Source: Clostridiales bacterium UBA5448
GTDB lineage: Bacteria > Bacillota > Clostridia > Oscillospirales > SIG627
Reading direction: 5' to 3'
DNA: 64,000 nucleotides
Assembly: GCA_002427425.1 (NCBI GenBank)
Contig: DIRA01000037.1
Span: 36,509 to 100,508, forward strand
Both the position numbers and the translations under genes were made by a program. Below are positions 63,901 through 64,000 of the stretch, piece by piece (positions within the stretch are counted from its first letter, which is position 1; every line of letters begins with the position of its first letter). Below the pieces are notes generated by a model, which saw only the letters and a list, made by a program, of their open reading frames with translations, was not told the origin of the DNA and did no database searches.

Positions 63901-64000
63901 TTCATCCATCGCCACCAGATATCGGTTTTTGGTTTTCATCTCCCCCAACAATGCTTGCGGGGTGTACCCGTACCATTTCAGTATTTTGGACTGCCTTTTT
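60964..64000 (-). CDS. Uncharacterised protein (5' end outside the window): two tandem copies of the paralogue-A module fused in frame
   Basis: The ORF is open to the window edge; I translated 63952-64000 and found no stop. Module B1 (aa up to ~450) and module B2 (from the MKTIICICLAF... ATG at 62604) each carry the family blocks (EYTMVTVRDGKEI / EYTTVHDGKEI; GYAYVFYYTG / CVWIHNGYAYVFRF; LAHIEDPDCQI) followed by 3 TMs. Confidence 0.65.
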   Translation of the reverse strand, partial: KRQSKILKWYGYTPQALLGEMKTKNRYLVAMDEEERFTMQVSMADSSRQDYAHISDWELLWQNAKTHPEHLYSQIYYHPQAKFVFNIDMYDDEPGIEQNVYEYTMVTVRDGKEICLSFQKACHGDLLLRVSHGMNDLVNMYTGYADIRTIMDNLVFHTADVTEQDIQIPASEFSYENKETGISFSLPAGWVETDRYAGDESLLLSLRDGNHPENEVFLLKIDVWEHLTEEEKSKLIRETISEKIFTRIRLSELMSAPVEHIKKTVYDQNTYYEYSGFSTPGLMGEALKKSTAFGLFPDKGYAYVFYYTGDSIQSSYQEYLSLLKTAHLTNQPDADFLTMDTGETNKLVSGISDDTTVGDNDEPRLAAKAKSVALVIAYVTLTLFPLLAALNRLFLRKQAYGNKTVLCLVCLFVFLCSFTFGFLVSLKIDVLLMAGIPFLLASGVLWLLSTGKHDPFSASFFSGGRMKTIICICLAFCLLHGVVMPISGRADFHTTDIKELGMSFVLPASLEYFTRDTCKDDPSNIAKYLMTVEQMQTRMKKKNAYVMGFDNHNYVYQNPFEHWYDVYVTMVKSKEKTCNLCTDSELLKANAGKQKKDRDRFDLWVDARVFATRELKFVRNTYLNVSRTYFAMEYTTVHDGKEIGFLVEITKNQKNGECLQLPLLEEETADYIESILRTITLQVPAPAHEKDIVAAPSHTYENIQTSVTLTMLPGWAKNKTDPEDPSLLLSLAHIEDPDCQIKVQCVDLWEQVSCDEKQGISREELSYEKVKGKWVAEKIGEQDAYFVRMAYGNNEYFVSDGTTARTEQNKTVVSDRLLCVWIHNGYAYVFRFGGGKESRYYVAFKDMLMHAVLPGQTGLTEKPADESLEKHVGESDNQPAGKINNITEEDSGHRVQNQEKKMLILMGSYVLLLLFPFICLLILLSRKNAFSKKTICLLLLIYTLLAIGCGTCVRLSDCERVLFGIVPIQYLCGIAFLSVLPKLRGKPCAQAISVENDSFDGKSNQLGDFQD

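Noticed and set aside
1-64000. CRISPR arrays, tRNA/rRNA genes, IS elements, integrases and toxin-antitoxin pairs.
   Set aside because: I saw no regularly spaced direct repeats, no cloverleaf-like or rRNA-like conserved segments, and no transposase, integrase or small paired ORFs with TA-like features while reading both strands. A tRNAscan, Infernal or ISfinder run would be the proper negative control.

Overview
This is a chromosomal window from a Gram-positive, spore-forming anaerobe. The gene content is Clostridia-like (PFOR/nifJ, SpoIID-like, Spo0A_C-like mini-protein, meso-DAP dehydrogenase). The genus cannot be determined by eye. All calls come from reading the sequence and ORF track and from remembered family motifs; no searches, folding or statistics were run. 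I recognised no rRNA, tRNA, CRISPR array, transposase or integrase.

Layout:
(1) 0-13.7 kb holds envelope and housekeeping genes: an M23 peptidase, a Big_2/GLUG lipoprotein, an M29 aminopeptidase, a ProX/YbaK-like deacylase, an LtaS-family transferase, and a long SpoIID/LytB protein coupled to a lipoprotein. It also contains a clear T-box leader (7438-7690, minus strand) in front of an unusual gene that fuses an XRE-HTH, a cupin and an acyl-CoA synthetase.
(2) 13.9-18.4 kb is an island. It carries an orphan PqqD-like RRE plus a soluble S26-type peptidase with their own promoter, followed by a prophage remnant. The remnant consists only of a tail-fibre-like gene, a membrane coiled-coil protein, a holin and an Amidase_3 endolysin.
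(3) 18.6-22.1 kb is nifJ (PFOR).
(4) 22.4-34.1 kb holds a Spo0A_C-like mini-protein, an ABC-2 exporter, a lipoprotein, a YgjP/M48-like protein, xpt, a BMP-family nucleoside ABC importer whose ATPase is fused to a permease, and ddh.
(5) 34.2-58.5 kb is a Wzx/Wzy-type glycan locus in two convergent arms. The plus arm carries capD-like, a nucleotidyltransferase and a GHMP kinase. The minus arm carries DegT, the initiating sugar transferase, GT2, a CapK-like ligase, GT2, four GT-B genes, wzy, licD, a CE4-like gene, DUF2284, a nucleotidyltransferase, wzx, capE and capF. At the convergence point the locus is interrupted by a relic 3' gene fragment and an XRE-XRE-ImmA/IrrE module.
(6) 58.7-64 kb holds tandem paralogues of an uncharacterised family with a signal peptide, an extracytoplasmic domain and a 3-TM tail. 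Two copies are fused in frame, and that ORF runs off the window edge.

The best candidate for new biology is the T-box, which probably has an Ile or Val specifier. It gates the HTH-cupin-acyl-CoA-synthetase fusion, and I hypothesise this is starvation-induced activation of branched short-chain acids. Secondary candidates are the orphan RRE/S26 pair, the membrane-anchored ImmA module inside the glycan locus, the DUF2284/LicD sub-cluster and the triplicated membrane protein family.
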